Origin: Auanema rhodensis
Taxonomy: Eukaryota; Animalia; Nematoda
DNA length: 64,000 nucleotides
Direction of reading: 5' to 3'
Assembly: GCA_964057225.1 (NCBI GenBank)
Contig: OZ059900.1
Coordinates: 17,298,001 to 17,362,000, forward strand
In this document: in pieces, positions 12,101-27,700 of the stretch
Layout of the letters: every line of letters starts with the position of its first letter
Position numbering within the stretch: position 1 is the stretch's first letter
Position numbers and translations under genes: made by a program
The notes under the pieces: model-generated
Database searches by the model: none
What the model saw: the letters and a program-made list of their open reading frames with translations, nothing else
What the model was told of the DNA's origin: nothing

Positions 12101-15100
12101 TACAAAAACACAGTATTTCCCATGAGAAATATTTTATTATGCTGGAAAACCAGTTTTTGGAAATTTCGCTGTAAACAAGGTTTTGACTTACGATTTCATG
12201 TGTTCAAACTCATGCAATGTCAATGAAACCTAGCTCAAAATTGTTCGTACAACGTCTAGTTCCACTTTCACGACAAAAAAACAGGGGTTAGAAAACTAAG
12301 GAAATTAGCATAGTCTGAGGGCACGCCCCTTATGGCTAATATTGATTAAATCGATTTTTGTTCATATGAGTCGTCAAATGCAACGAATTTCAGCGTGTTA
12401 CATACTAAAATGAAGCATTTTACATGCTGAACACTAGAAAAATACAAAAACACAGTATTTCCCATGAGAAATATTTTATTATGCTGGAAAACCAGTTTTT
12501 GGAAATTTCGCTGTAAACAAGGTTTTGACTTACGATTTCATGTGTTCAAACTCATGCAATGTCAATGAAACCTAGCTCAAAATTGTTCGTACAACGTCTA
12601 GTTCCACTTTCACGACAAAAAAACAGGGGTTAGAAAATTAAGGAAATTAGCATATTCTGAGGGCACGCCCCTTATGGCTAATATTGATTAAATCGATTTT
12701 TGTTCATATGATTCGTCAAATGCAACGAATTTCAGCGTGTTACATACTAAAATGAAGCATTTTACATGCTGAACACTAGAAAAATACAAAAACACAGTAT
12801 TTCCCATGAGAAATATTTTATTATGCTGGAAAACCAGTTTTTGGAAATTTCGCTGTAAACAAGGTTTTGACTTACGATTTCATGTGTTCAAACTCATGCA
12901 ATGTCAATGAAACCTAGCTCAAAATTGTTCGTACAACGTCTAGTTCCACTTTCACGACAAAAAAACAGGGGTTAGAAAACTAAGGAAATTAGCATATTCT
13001 GAGGGCACGCCCCTTATGGCTAATATTGATTAAATCGATTTTTGTTCATATGAGTCGTCAAATGCAACGACTTTCAGCGTGTTACATACTAAAATGAAGC
13101 ATTTTACATGCTGAACACTAGAAAAATACAAAAACACAGTATTTCCCATGTGAAATATTTTATTATGCTGGAAAACCAGTTTTTGGAAATTTCGCTGTAA
13201 ACAAGGTTTTGACTTACGATTTCATGTGTTCAAACTCATGCAATGTCAATGAAACCTAGCTCAAAATTGTTCGTACAACGTCTAGTTCCACTTTCACGAC
13301 AAAAAAACAGGGGTTAGAAAATTAAGGAAATTAGCATATTCTGAGGGCACGCCCCTTATGGCTAATATTGATTAAATCGATTTTTGTTCATATGAGTCGT
13401 CAAATGCAACGAATTGTAGCGTGTTACATACTAAAATGAAGCATTTTACATGCTGAACACTAGAAAAATACAAAAACACAGTATTTCCCATGAGAAATAT
13501 TTTATTATGCTGGAAAACCAGTTTTTGGAAATTTCGCTGTAAACAAGGTTTTGACTTACGATTTCATGTGTTCAAACTCATGCAATGTCAATGAAACCTA
13601 GCTCAAAATTGTTCGTACAACGTCTAGTTCCACTTTCACGACAAAAAAACAGGGGTTAGAAAATTAAGGAAATTAGCATATTCTGAGGGCACGCCCCTTA
13701 TGGCTAATATTGATTAAATCGATTTTTGTTCATATGATTCGTCAAATGCAACGAATTTCAGCGTGTTACATACTAAAATGAAGCATTTTACATGCTGAAC
13801 ACTAGAAAAATACAAAAACACAGTATTTCCCATGAGAAATATTTTATTATGCTGGAAAACCAGTTTTTGGAAATTTCGCTGTAAACAAGGTTTTGACTTA
13901 CGATTTCATGTGTTCAAACTCATGCAATGTCAATGAAACCTAGCTCAAAATTGTTCGTACAACGTCTAGTTCCACTTTCACGACAAAAAAACAGGGGTTA
14001 GAAAACTAAGGAAATTAGCATATTCTGAGGGCACGCCCCTTATGGCTAATATTGATTAAATCGATTTTTGTTCATATGAGTCGTCAAATGCAACGACTTT
14101 CAGCGTGTTACATACTAAAATGAAGCATTTTACATGCTGAACACTAGAAAAATACAAAAACACAGTATTTCCCATGAGAAATATTTTATTATGCTGGAAA
14201 ACCAGTTTTTGGAAATTTCGCTGTAAACAAGGTTTTGACTTACGATTTCATGTGTTCAAACTCATGCAATGTCAATGAAACCTAGCTCAAAATTGTTCGT
14301 ACAACGTCTAGTTCCACTTTCACGACAAAAAAACAGGGGTTAGAAAATTAAGGAAATTAGCATATTCTGAGGGCACGCCCCTTATGGCTAATATTGATTA
14401 AATCGATTTTTGTTCATATGAGTCGTCAGATGCAACGAATTTCAGCGTGTTACATACTAAAATGAAGCATTTTACATGCTGAACACTAGAAAAATACAAA
14501 AACACAGTATTTCCCATGAGAAATATTTTATTATGCTGGAAAACCAGTTTTTGGAAATTTCGCTGTAAACAAGGTTTTGACTTACGATTTCATGTGTTCA
14601 AACTCATGCAATGTCAATGAAACCTAGCTCAAAATTGTTCGTACAACGTCTAGTTCCACTTTCACGACAAAACAACAGGGGTTAGAAAATTAAGGAAATT
14701 AGCATATTCTGAGGGCACGCCCCTTATGGCTAATATTGATTAAATCGATTTTTGTTCATATGAGTCGTCAAATGCAACGAATTTCAGCGTGTTACATACT
14801 AAAATGAAGCATTTTACATGCTGAACACTAGAAAAATACAAAAACACAGTATTTCCCATGAGAAATATTTTATTATGCTGGAAAACCAGTTTTTGGAAAT
14901 TTCGCTGTAAACAAGGTTTTGACTTACGATTTCATGTGTTCAAACTCATGCAATGTCAATGAAACCTAGCTCAAAATTGTTCGTACAACGTCTAGTTCCA
15001 CTTTCACGACAAAAAAACAGGGGTTAGAAAACTAAGGAAATTAGCATATTCTGAGGGCACGCCCCTTATGGCTAATATTGATTAAATCGATTTTTGTTCA

Positions 15101-18100
15101 TATGAGTCGTCAAATGCAACGAATTTCAGCGTGTTACATACTAAAATGAAGCATTTTACATGCTGAACACTAGAAAAATACAAAAACACAGTATTTCCCA
15201 TGAGAAATATTTTACTATGCTGGAAAACCAGTTTTTGGAAATTTCGCTGTAAACAAGGTTTTGACTTACGATTTCATGTGTTCAAACTCATGCAATGTCA
15301 ATGAAACCTAGCTCAAAATTGTTCGTACAACGTCTAGTTCCACTTTCACGACAAAAAAACAGGGGTTAGAAAATTAAGGAAATTAGCATATTCTGAGGGC
15401 ACGCCCCTTATGGCTAATATTGATTAAATCGATTTTTGTTCATATGATTCGTCAAATGCAACGAATTTCAGCGTGTTACATACTAAAACGAAGCATTTTA
15501 CATGCTGAACACTAGAAAAATACAAAAACACAGTATTTCCCATGAGAAATATTTTATTATGCTGGAAAACCAGTTTTTGGAAATTTCGCTGTAAACAAGG
15601 TTTTGACTTACGATTTCATGTGTTCAAACTCATGCAATGTCAATGAAACCTAGCTCAAAATTGTTCGTACAACGTCTAGTTCCACTTTCACGACAAAAAA
15701 ACCGGGGTTAGAAAATTAAGGAAATTAGCATATTCTGAGGGCACGCCCCTTATGGCTAATATTGATTAAATCGATTTTTGTTCATATGAGTCGTCAAATG
15801 CAACGAATTTTAGCGTGTTACATACTAAAATGAAGCATTTTACATGCTGAACACTAGAAAAATACAAAAACACAGTATTTCCCATGAGAAATATTTTATT
15901 ATGCTGGAAAACCAGTTTTTGGAAATTTCGCTGTAAACAAGGTTTTGACTTACGATTTCATGTGTTCAAACTCATGCAATGTCAATGAAACCTAGCTCAA
16001 AATTGTTCGTACAACGTCTAGTTCCACTTTCACGACAAAAAAACAGGGGTTAGAAAATTAAGGAAATTAGCATATTCTGAGGGCACGCCCCTTATGGCTA
16101 ATATTGATTAAATCGATTTTTGTTCATATGATTCGTCAAATGCAACGAATTTCAGCGTGTTACATACTAAAATGAAGCATTTTACATGCTGAACACTAGA
16201 AAAATACAAAAACACAGTATTTCCCATGAGAAATATTTTATTATGCTGGAAAACCAGTTTTTGGAAATTTCGCTGTAAACAAGGTTTTGACTTACGATTT
16301 CATGTGTTCAAACTCATGCAATGTCAATGAAACCTAGCTCAAAATTGTTCGTACAACGTCTAGTTCCACTTTCACGACAAAAAAACAGGGGTTAGAAAAC
16401 TAAGGAAATTAGCATATTCTGAGGGCACGCCCCTTATGGCTAATATTGATTAAATCGATTTTTGTTCATATGAGTCGTCAAATGCAACGACTTTCAGCGT
16501 GTTACATACTAAAATGAAGCATTTTACATGCTGAACACTAGAAAAATACAAAAACACAGTATTTCCCATGAGAAATATTTTATTATGCTGGAAAACCAGT
16601 TTTTGGAAATTTCGCTGTAAACAAGGTTTTGACTTACGATTTCATGTGTTCAAACTCATGCAATGTCAATGAAACCTAGCTCAAAATTGTTCGTACAACG
16701 TCTAGTTCCACTTTCACGACAAAAAAACAGGGGTTAGAAAATTAAGGAAATTAGCATATTCTGAGGGCACGCCCCTTATGGCTAATATTGATTAAATCGA
16801 TTTTTGTTCATATGAGTCGTCAAATGCAACGAATTTCAGCGTGTTACATACTAAAATGAAGCATTTTACATGCTGAACACTAGAAAAATACAAAAACACA
16901 GTATTTCCCATGAGAAATATTTTATTATGCTGGAAAACCAGTTTTTGGAAATTTCGCTGTAAACAAGGTTTTGACTTACGATTTCATGTGTTCAAACTCA
17001 TGCAATGTCAATGAAACCTAGCTCAAAATTGTTCGTACAACGTCTAGTTCCACTTTCACGACAAAAAAACAGGGGTTAGAAAATTAAGGAAATTAGCATA
17101 TTCTGAGGGCACGCCCCTTATGGCTAATATTGATTAAATCGATTTTTGTTCATATGAGTCGTCAAATGCAACGAATTTCAGCGTGTTACATACTAAAATG
17201 AAGCATTTTACATGCTGAACACTAGAAAAATACAAAAACACAGTATTTCCCATGAGAAATATTTTATTATGCTGGAAAACCAGTTTTTGGAAATTTCGCT
17301 GTAAACAAGGTTTTGACTTACGATTTCATGTGTTCAAACTCATGCAATGTCAATGAAACCTAGCTCAAAATTGTTTGTACAACGTCTAGTTCCACTTTCA
17401 CGACAAAAAAACAAGGGTTAGAAAATTAAGGAAATTAGCATATTCTGAGGGCACGCCCCTTATGGCTAATATTGATTAAATCGATTTTTGTTCATATGAG
17501 TCGTCAAATGCAACGAATTTCAGCGTGTTACATACTAAAATGAAGCATTTTACATGCTGAACACTATAAAAATACAAAAACACAGTATTTCCCATGAGAA
17601 ATATTTTATTATGCTGGAAAACCAGTTTTTGGAAATTTCGCTGTAAACAAGGTTTTGACTTACGATTTCATGTGTTCAAACTCATGCAATGTCAATGAAA
17701 CCTAGCTCAAAATTGTTCGTACAACGTCTAGTTCCACTTTCACGACAAAAAAACAGGGGTTAGAAAATTTAGGAAATTAGCATATTCTGAGGGCACGCCC
17801 CTTATGGCTAATATTGATTAAATCGATTTTTGTTCATATGAGTCGTCAAATGCAACGAATTTCAGCGTGTTACATACTAAAATGAAGCATTTTACATGCT
17901 GAACACTAGAAAAATACAAAAACACAGTATTTCCCATGAGAAATATTTTATTATGCTGGAAAACCAGTTTTTGGAAATTTCGCTGTAAACAAGGTTTTGA
18001 CTTACGATTTCATGTGTTCAAACTCATGCAATGTCAATGAAACCTAGCTCAAAATTGTTCGTACAACGTCTAGTTCCACTTTCACGACAAAAAAACAAGG

Positions 18101-18799
18101 GTTAGAAAATTAAGGAAATTAGCATATTCTGAGGGCACGCCCCTTATGGCTAATATTGATTAAATCGATTTTTGTTCATATGAGTCGTCAAATGCAACGA
18201 ATTTCAGCGTGTTACATACTAAAATGAAGCATTTTACATGCTGAACACTAGAAAAATACAAAAACACAGTATTTCCCATGAGAAATATTTTATTATGCTG
18301 GAAAACCAGTTTTTGGAAATTTCGCTGTAAACAAGGTTTTGACTTACGATTTCATGTGTTCAAACTCATGCAATGTCAATGAAACCTAGCTCAAAATTGT
18401 TCGTACAACGTCTAGTTCCACTTTCACGACAAAAAAACAGGGGTTAGAAAATTAAGGAAATTAGCATATTCTGAGGGCACGCCCCTTATGGCTAATATTG
18501 ATTAAATCGATTTTTGTTCATATGAGTCGTCAAATGCAAAGAATTTCAGCGTGTTACATACTTAAATGAAGCATTTTACATGCTGAACACTAGAAAAATA
18601 CAAAAACACAGTATTTCCCATGAGAAATATTTTATTATGCTGGAAAACCAGTTTTTGGAAATTTCGCTGTAAACAAGGTTTTGACTTACGATTTCATGTG
18701 TTCAAACTCATGCAATGTCAATGAAACCTAGCTCAAAATTGTTCGTACAACGTCTAGTTCCACTTTCACGACAAAAAAACAAGGGTTAGAAAATTAAGG

Positions 18800-21700
18800 A
18801 AATTAGCATATTCTGAGGGCACGCCCCTTATGGCTAATATTGATTAAATCGATTTTTGTTCATATGAGTCGTCAAATGCAACGAATTTCAGCGTGTTACA
18901 TACTAAAATGAAGCATTTTACATGCTGAACACTATAAAATAACAAAAACACAGTATTTCCCATGAGAAATATTTTATTATGCTGGAAAACCAGTTTTTGG
19001 AAATTTCGCTGTAAACAAGGTTTTGACTTACGATTTCATGTGTTCAAACTCATGCAATGTCAATGAAACCTAGCTCAAAATTGTTCGTACAACGTCTAGT
19101 TCCACTTTCACGACAAAAAAACAGGGGTTAGAAAATAAAGGAAATTAGCATATTCTGAGGGCACGCCCCTTATGGCTAATATTGATTAAATCGATTTTTG
19201 TTCATATGAGTCGTCAAATGCAACGAATTTCAGCGTGTTACATACTAAAATGAAGCATTTTACATGCTGAACACTAGAAAAATACAAAAACACAGTATTT
19301 CCCATGAGAAATATTTTATTATGCTGGAAAACCAGTTTTTGGAAATTTCGCTGTAAACAAGGTTTTGACTTACGATTTCATGTGTTCAAACTCATGCAAT
19401 GTCAATGAAACCTAGCTCAAAATTGTTCGTACAACGTCTAGTTCCACTTTCACGACAAAAAAACAGGGGTTAGAAAACTAAGGAAATTAGCATATTCTGA
19501 GGGCACGCCCCTTATGGCTAATATTGATTAAATCGATTTTTGTTCATATGAGTCGTCAAATGCAACGACTTTCAGCGTGTTACATACTAAAATGAAGCAT
19601 TTTACATGCTGAACACTAGAAAAATACAAAAACACAGTATTTCCCATGAGAAATATTTTATTATGCTGGAAAACCAGTTTTTGGAAATTTCGCTGTAAAC
19701 AAGGTTTTGACTTACGATTTCATGTGTTCAAACTCATGCAATGTCAATGAAACCTAGCTCAAAATTGTTCGTACAACGTCTAGTTCCACTTTCACGACAA
19801 AAAAACAGGGGTTAGAAAATTAAGGAAATTAGCATATTCTGAGGGCACGCCCCTTATGGCTAATATTGATTAAATCGATTTTTGTTCATATGAGTCGTCA
19901 AATGCAACGAATTTCAGCGTGTTACATACTAAAATGAAGCATTTTACATGCTGAACACTAGAAAAATACAAAAACACAGTATTTCCCATGAGAAATATTT
20001 TATTATGCTGGAAAACCAGTTTTTGGAAATTTCGCTGTAAACAAGGTTTTGACTTACGATTTCATGTGTTCAAACTCATGCAATGTCAATGAAACCTAGC
20101 TCAAAATTGTTCGTACAACGTCTAGTTCCACTTTCACGACAAAAAAACAGGGGTTAGAAAATTAAGGAAATTAGCATATTCTGAGGGCACGCCCCTTATG
20201 GCTAATATTGATTAAATCGATTTTTGTTCATATGAGTCGTCAAATGCAACGAATTTCAGCGTGTTACATACTAAAATGAAGCATTTTACATGCTGAACAC
20301 TAGAAAAATACAAAAACACAGTATTTCCCATGAGAAATATTTTATTATGCTGGAAAACCAGTTTTTGGAAATTTCGCTGTAAACAAGGTTTTGACTTACG
20401 ATTTCATGTGTTCAAACTCATGCAATGTCAATGAAACCTAGCTCAAAATTGTTTGTACAACGTCTAGTTCCACTTTCACGACAAAAAAACAAGGGTTAGA
20501 AAATTAAGGAAATTAGCATATTCTGAGGGCACGCCCCTTATGGCTAATATTGATTAAATCGATTTTTGTTCATATGAGTCGTCAAATGCAACGAATTTCA
20601 GCGTGTTACATACTAAAATGAAGCATTTTACATGCTGAACACTATAAAAATACAAAAACACAGTATTTCCCATGAGAAATATTTTATTATGCTGGAAAAC
20701 CAGTTTTTGGAAATTTCGCTGTAAACAAGGTTTTGACTTACGATTTCATGTGTTCAAACTCATGCAATGTCAATGAAACCTAGCTCAAAATTGTTCGTAC
20801 AACGTCTAGTTCCACTTTCACGACAAAAAAACAGGGGTTAGAAAATTTAGGAAATTAGCATATTCTGAGGGCACGCCCCTTATGGCTAATATTGATTAAA
20901 TCGATTTTTGTTCATATGAGTCGTCAAATGCAACGAATTTCAGCGTGTTACATACTAAAATGAAGCATTTTACATGCTGAACACTAGAAAAATACAAAAA
21001 CACAGTATTTCCCATGAGAAATATTTTATTATGCTGGAAAACCAGTTTTTGGAAATTTCGCTGTAAACAAGGTTTTGACTTACGATTTCATGTGTTCAAA
21101 CTCATGCAATGTCAATGAAACCTAGCTCAAAATTGTTCGTACAACGTCTAGTTCCACTTTCACGACAAAAAAACAAGGGTTAGAAAATTAAGGAAATTAG
21201 CATATTCTGAGGGCACGCCCCTTATGGCTAATATTGATTAAATCGATTTTTGTTCATATGAGTCGTCAAATGCAACGAATTTCAGCGTGTTACATACTAA
21301 AATGAAGCATTTTACATGCTGAACACTAGAAAAATACAAAAACACAGTATTTCCCATGAGAAATATTTTATTATGCTGGAAAACCAGTTTTTGGAAATTT
21401 CGCTGTAAACAAGGTTTTGACTTACGATTTCATGTGTTCAAACTCATGCAATGTCAATGAAACCTAGCTCAAAATTGTTCGTACAACGTCTAGTTCCACT
21501 TTCACGACAAAAAAACAGGGGTTAGAAAATTAAGGAAATTAGCATATTCTGAGGGCACGCCCCTTATGGCTAATATTGATTAAATCGATTTTTGTTCATA
21601 TGAGTCGTCAAATGCAAAGAATTTCAGCGTGTTACATACTTAAATGAAGCATTTTACATGCTGAACACTAGAAAAATACAAAAACACAGTATTTCCCATG

Positions 21701-24700
21701 AGAAATATTTTATTATGCTGGAAAACCAGTTTTTGGAAATTTCGCTTTAAACAAGGTTTTGACTTACGATTTCATGTGTTCAAACTCATGCAATGTCAAT
21801 GAAACCTAGCTCAAAATTGTTCGTACAACGTCTAGTTCCACTTTCACGACAAAAAAACAAGGGTTAGAAAATTAAGGAAATTAGCATATTCTGAGGGCAC
21901 GCCCCTTATGGCTAATATTGATTAAATCGATTTTTGTTCATATGAGTCGTCAAATGCAACGAATTTCAGCGTGTTACATACTCAAATGAAGCATTTTACA
22001 TGCTGAACACTATAAAAATACAAAAACACAGTATTTCCCATGAGAAATATTTTATTATGCTGGAAAACCAGTTTTTGGAAATTTCGCTGTAAACAAGGTT
22101 TTGACTTACGATTTCATGTGTTCAAACTCATGCAATGTCAATGAAACCTAGCTCAAAATTGTTCGTACAACGTCTAGTTCCACTTTCACGACAAAAAAAC
22201 AGGGGTTAGAAAATTAAGGAAATTAGCATATTCTGAGGGCACGCCCCTTATGGCTAATATTGATTAAATCGATTTTTGTTCATATGAGTCGTCAAATGCA
22301 ACGAATTTCAGCGTGTTACATACTAAAATGAAGCATTTTACATGCTGAACACTAGAAAAATACAAAAACACAGTATTTCCCATGAGAAATATTTTATTAT
22401 GCTGGAAAACCAGTTTTTGGAAATTTCGCTGTAAACAAGGTTTTGACTTACGATTTCATGTGTTCAAACTCATGCAATGTCAATGAAACCTAGCTCAAAA
22501 TTGTTCGTACAACGTCTAGTTCCACTTTCACGACAAAAAAACAGGGGTTAGAAAATTAAGGAAATTAGCATATTCTGAGGGCACGCCCCTTATGGCTAAT
22601 ATTGATTAAATCGATTTTTGTTCATATGAGTCGTCAAATGCAACGAATTTCAGCGTGTTACATACTAAAATGAAGCATTTTACATGCTGAACACTAGAAA
22701 AATACAAAAACACAGTATTTCCCATGAGAAATATTTTATTATGCTGGAAAACCAGTTTTTGGAAATTTCGCTGTAAACAAGGTTTTGACTTACGATTTCA
22801 TGTGTTCAAACTCATGCAATGTCAATGAAACCTAGCTCAAAATTGTTTGTACAACGTCTAGTTCCACTTTCACGACAAAAAAACAAGGGTTAGAAAATTA
22901 AGGAAATTAGCATATTCTGAGGGCACGCCCCTTATGGCTAATATTGATTAAATCGATTTTTGTTCATATGAGTCGTCAAATGCAACGAATTTCAGCGTGT
23001 TACATACTAAAATGAAGCATTTTACATGCTGAACACTATAAAAATACAAAAACACAGTATTTCCCATGAGAAATATTTTATTATGCTGGAAAACCAGTTT
23101 TTGGAAATTTCGCTGTAAACAAGGTTTTGACTTACGATTTCATGTGTTCAAACTCATGCAATGTCAATGAAACCTAGCTCAAAATTGTTCGTACAACGTC
23201 TAGTTCCACTTTCACGACAAAAAAACAGGGGTTAGAAAATTTAGGAAATTAGCATATTCTGAGGGCACGCCCCTTATGGCTAATATTGATTAAATCGATT
23301 TTTGTTCATATGAGTCGTCAAATGCAACGAATTTCAGCGTGTTACATACTAAAATGAAGCATTTTACATGCTGAACACTAGAAAAATACAAAAACACAGT
23401 ATTTCCCATGAGAAATATTTTATTATGCTGGAAAACCAGTTTTTGGAAATTTCGCTGTAAACAAGGTTTTGACTTACGATTTCATGTGTTCAAACTCATG
23501 CAATGTCAATGAAACCTAGCTCAAAATTGTTCGTACAACGTCTAGTTCCACTTTCACGACAAAAAAACAAGGGTTAGAAAATTAAGGAAATTAGCATATT
23601 CTGAGGGCACGCCCCTTATGGCTAATATTGATTAAATCGATTTTTGTTCATATGAGTCGTCAAATGCAACGAATTTCAGCGTGTTACATACTAAAATGAA
23701 GCATTTTACATGCTGAACACTAGAAAAATACAAAAACACAGTATTTCCCATGAGAAATATTTTATTATGCTGGAAAACCAGTTTTTGGAAATTTCGCTGT
23801 AAACAAGGTTTTGACTTACGATTTCATGTGTTCAAACTCATGCAATGTCAATGAAACCTAGCTCAAAATTGTTCGTACAACGTCTAGTTCCACTTTCACG
23901 ACAAAAAAACAGGGGTTAGAAAATTAAGGAAATTAGCATATTCTGAGGGCACGCCCCTTATGGCTAATATTGATTAAATCGATTTTTGTTCATATGAGTC
24001 GTCAAATGCAAAGAATTTCAGCGTGTTACATACTTAAATGAAGCATTTTACATGCTGAACACTAGAAAAATACAAAAACACAGTATTTCCCATGAGAAAT
24101 ATTTTATTATGCTGGAAAACCAGTTTTTGGAAATTTCGCTTTAAACAAGGTTTTGACTTACGATTTCATGTGTTCAAACTCATGCAATGTCAATGAAACC
24201 TAGCTCAAAATTGTTCGTACAACGTCTAGTTCCACTTTCACGACAAAAAAACAAGGGTTAGAAAATTAAGGAAATTAGCATATTCTGAGGGCACGCCCCT
24301 TATGGCTAATATTGATTAAATCGATTTTTGTTCATATGAGTCGTCAAATGCAACGAATTTCAGCGTGTTACATACTAAAATGAAGCATTTTACATGCTGA
24401 ACACTATAAAAATACAAAAACACAGTATTTCCCATGAGAAATATTTTATTATGCTGGAAAACCAGTTTTTGGAAATTTCGCTGTAAACAAGGTTTTGACT
24501 TACGATTTCATGTGTTCAAACTCATGCAATGTCAATGAAACCTAGCTCAAAATTGTTCGTACAACGTCTAGTTCCACTTTCACGACAAAAAAACAGGGGT
24601 TAGAAAATTAAGGAAATTAGCATATACTGAGGGCACGCCCCTTATGGCTAATATTGATTAAATCGATTTTTGTTCATATGAGTCGTCAAATGCAACGAAT

Positions 24701-27700
24701 TTCAGCGTGTTACATACTAAAATGAAGCATTTTACATGCTGAACACTAGAAAAATACAAAAACACAGTATTTCCCATGAGAAATATTTTATTATGCTGGA
24801 AAACCAGTTTTTGGAAATTTCGCTGTAAACAAGGTTTTGACTTACGATTTCATGTGTTCAAACTCATGCAATGTCAATGAAACCTAGCTCAAAATTGTTC
24901 GTACAACGTCTAGTTCCACTTTCACGACAAAAAAACAGGGGTTAGAAAATTAAGGAAATTAGCATATTCTGAGGGCACGCCCCTTATGGCTAATATTGAT
25001 TAAATCGATTTTTGTTCATATGAGTCGTCAAATGCAACGAATTTCAGCGTGTTACATACTAAAATGAAGCATTTTACATGCTGAACACTAGAAAAATACA
25101 AAAACACAGTATTTCCCATGAGAAATATTTTATTATGCTGGAAAACCAGTTTTTGGAAATTTCGCTGTAAACAAGGTTTTGACTTACGATTTCATGTGTT
25201 CAAACTCATGCAATGTCAATGAAACATAGCTCGAAATTGTTCGTACAACGTCTAGTTCCACTTTCACGACAAAAAAACAGGGGTTAGAAAATTAAGGAAA
25301 TTAGCATATTCTGAGGGCACGCCCCTTATGGCTAATATTGATTAAATCGATTTTTGTTCATATGAGTCGTCAAATGCAACAAATTTCAGCGTGTTACATA
25401 CTAAAATGAAGCATTTTACATGCTGAACACTAGAAAAATACAAAAACACAGTATTTCCCATGAGAAATATTTTATTATGCTGGAAAACCAGTTTTTGAAA
25501 ATTTCGCTGTAAACAAGGTTTTGACTTACGATTTCATGTGTTCAAACTCATGCAATGTCAATGAAACCTAGCTCAAAATTGTTCGTACAACGTCTAGTTC
25601 CACTTTCACGACAAAAAAACAGGGGTTAGAAAATTAAGGAAATTAGCATATTCTGAGGGCACGCCCCTTATGGCTAATATTGATTAAATCGATTTTTGTT
25701 CATATGAGTCGTCAAATGCAAGAATTTCAGCGTGTTACATACTAAAATGAAGCATTTTACATGCTGAACACTAGAAAAATACAAAAACACAGTATTTCCC
25801 ATGAGAAATATTTTATTATGCTGGAAAACCAGTTTTTGGAAATTTCGCTGTAAACAAGGTTTTGACTTACGATTTCATGTGTTCAAACTCATGCAATGTC
25901 AATGAAACCTAGCTCAAAATTGTTCGTACAACGTCTAGTTCCACTTTCACGACAAAAAAACAGGGGTTAGAAAATTAAGGAAATTAGCATATTCTGAGGG
26001 CACGCCCCTTATGGCTAATATTGATTAAATCGATTTTTGTTCATATGAGTCGTCAAATGCAACGAATTTCAGCGTGTTACATACTAAAATGAAGCATTTT
26101 ACATGCTGAACACTATAAAATAACAAAAACACAGTATTTCCCATGAGAAATATTTTATTATGCTGGAAAACCAGTTTTTGGAAATTTCGCTGTAAACAAG
26201 GTTTTGACTTACGATTTCATGTGTTCAAACTCATGCAATGTCAATGAAACCTAGCTCAAAATTGTTCGTACAACGTCTAGTTCCACTTTCACGACAAAAA
26301 AACAGGGGTTAGAAAATAAAGGAAATTAGCATATTCTGAGGGCACGCCCCTTATGGCTAATATTGATTAAATCGATTTTTGTTCATATGAGTCGTCAAAT
26401 GCAACGAATTTCAGCGTGTTACATACTAAAATGAAGCATTTTACATGCTGAACACTAGAAAAATACAAAAACACAGTATTTCCCATGAGAAATATTTTAT
26501 TATGCTGGAAAACCAGTTTTTGGAAATTTCGCTGTAAACAAGGTTTTGACTTACGATTTCATGTGTTCAAACTCATGCAATGTCAATGAAACCTAGCTCA
26601 AAATTGTTCGTACAACGTCTAGTTCCACTTTCACGACAAAAAAACAGGGGTTAGAAAACTAAGGAAATTAGCATATTCTGAGGGCACGCCCCTTATGGCT
26701 AATATTGATTAAATCGATTTTTGTTCATATGAGTCGTCAAATGCAACGACTTTCAGCGTGTTACATACTAAAATGAAGCATTTTACATGCTGAACACTAG
26801 AAAAATACAAAAACACAGTATTTCCCATGAGAAATATTTTATTATGCTGGAAAACCAGTTTTTGGAAATTTCGCTGTAAACAAGGTTTTGACTTACGATT
26901 TCATGTGTTCAAACTCATGCAATGTCAATGAAACCTAGCTCAAAATTGTTCGTACAACGTCTAGTTCCACTTTCACGACAAAAAAACAGGGGTTAGAAAA
27001 TTAAGGAAATTAGCATATTCTGAGGGCACGCCCCTTATGGCTAATATTGATTAAATCGATTTTTGTTCATATGAGTCGTCAAATGCAACGAATTTCAGCG
27101 TGTTACATACTAAAATGAAGCATTTTACATGCTGAACACTAGAAAAATACAAAAACACAGTATTTCCCATGAGAAATATTTTATTATGCTGGAAAACCAG
27201 TTTTTGGAAATTTCGCTGTAAACAAGGTTTTGACTTACGATTTCATGTGTTCAAACTCATGCAATGTCAATGAAACCTAGCTCAAAATTGTTCGTACAAC
27301 GTCTAGTTCCACTTTCACGACAAAAAAACAGGGGTTAGAAAATTAAGGAAATTAGCATATTCTGAGGGCACGCCCCTTATGGCTAATATTGATTAAATCG
27401 ATTTTTGTTCATATGAGTCGTCAAATGCAACGAATTTCAGCGTGTTACATACTAAAATGAAGCATTTTACATGCTGAACACTAGAAAAATACAAAAACAC
27501 AGTATTTCCCATGAGAAATATTTTATTATGCTGGAAAACCAGTTTTTGGAAATTTCGCTGTAAACAAGGTTTTGACTTACGATTTCATGTGTTCAAACTC
27601 ATGCAATGTCAATGAAACCTAGCTCAAAATTGTTTGTACAACGTCTAGTTCCACTTTCACGACAAAAAAACAAGGGTTAGAAAATTAAGGAAATTAGCAT

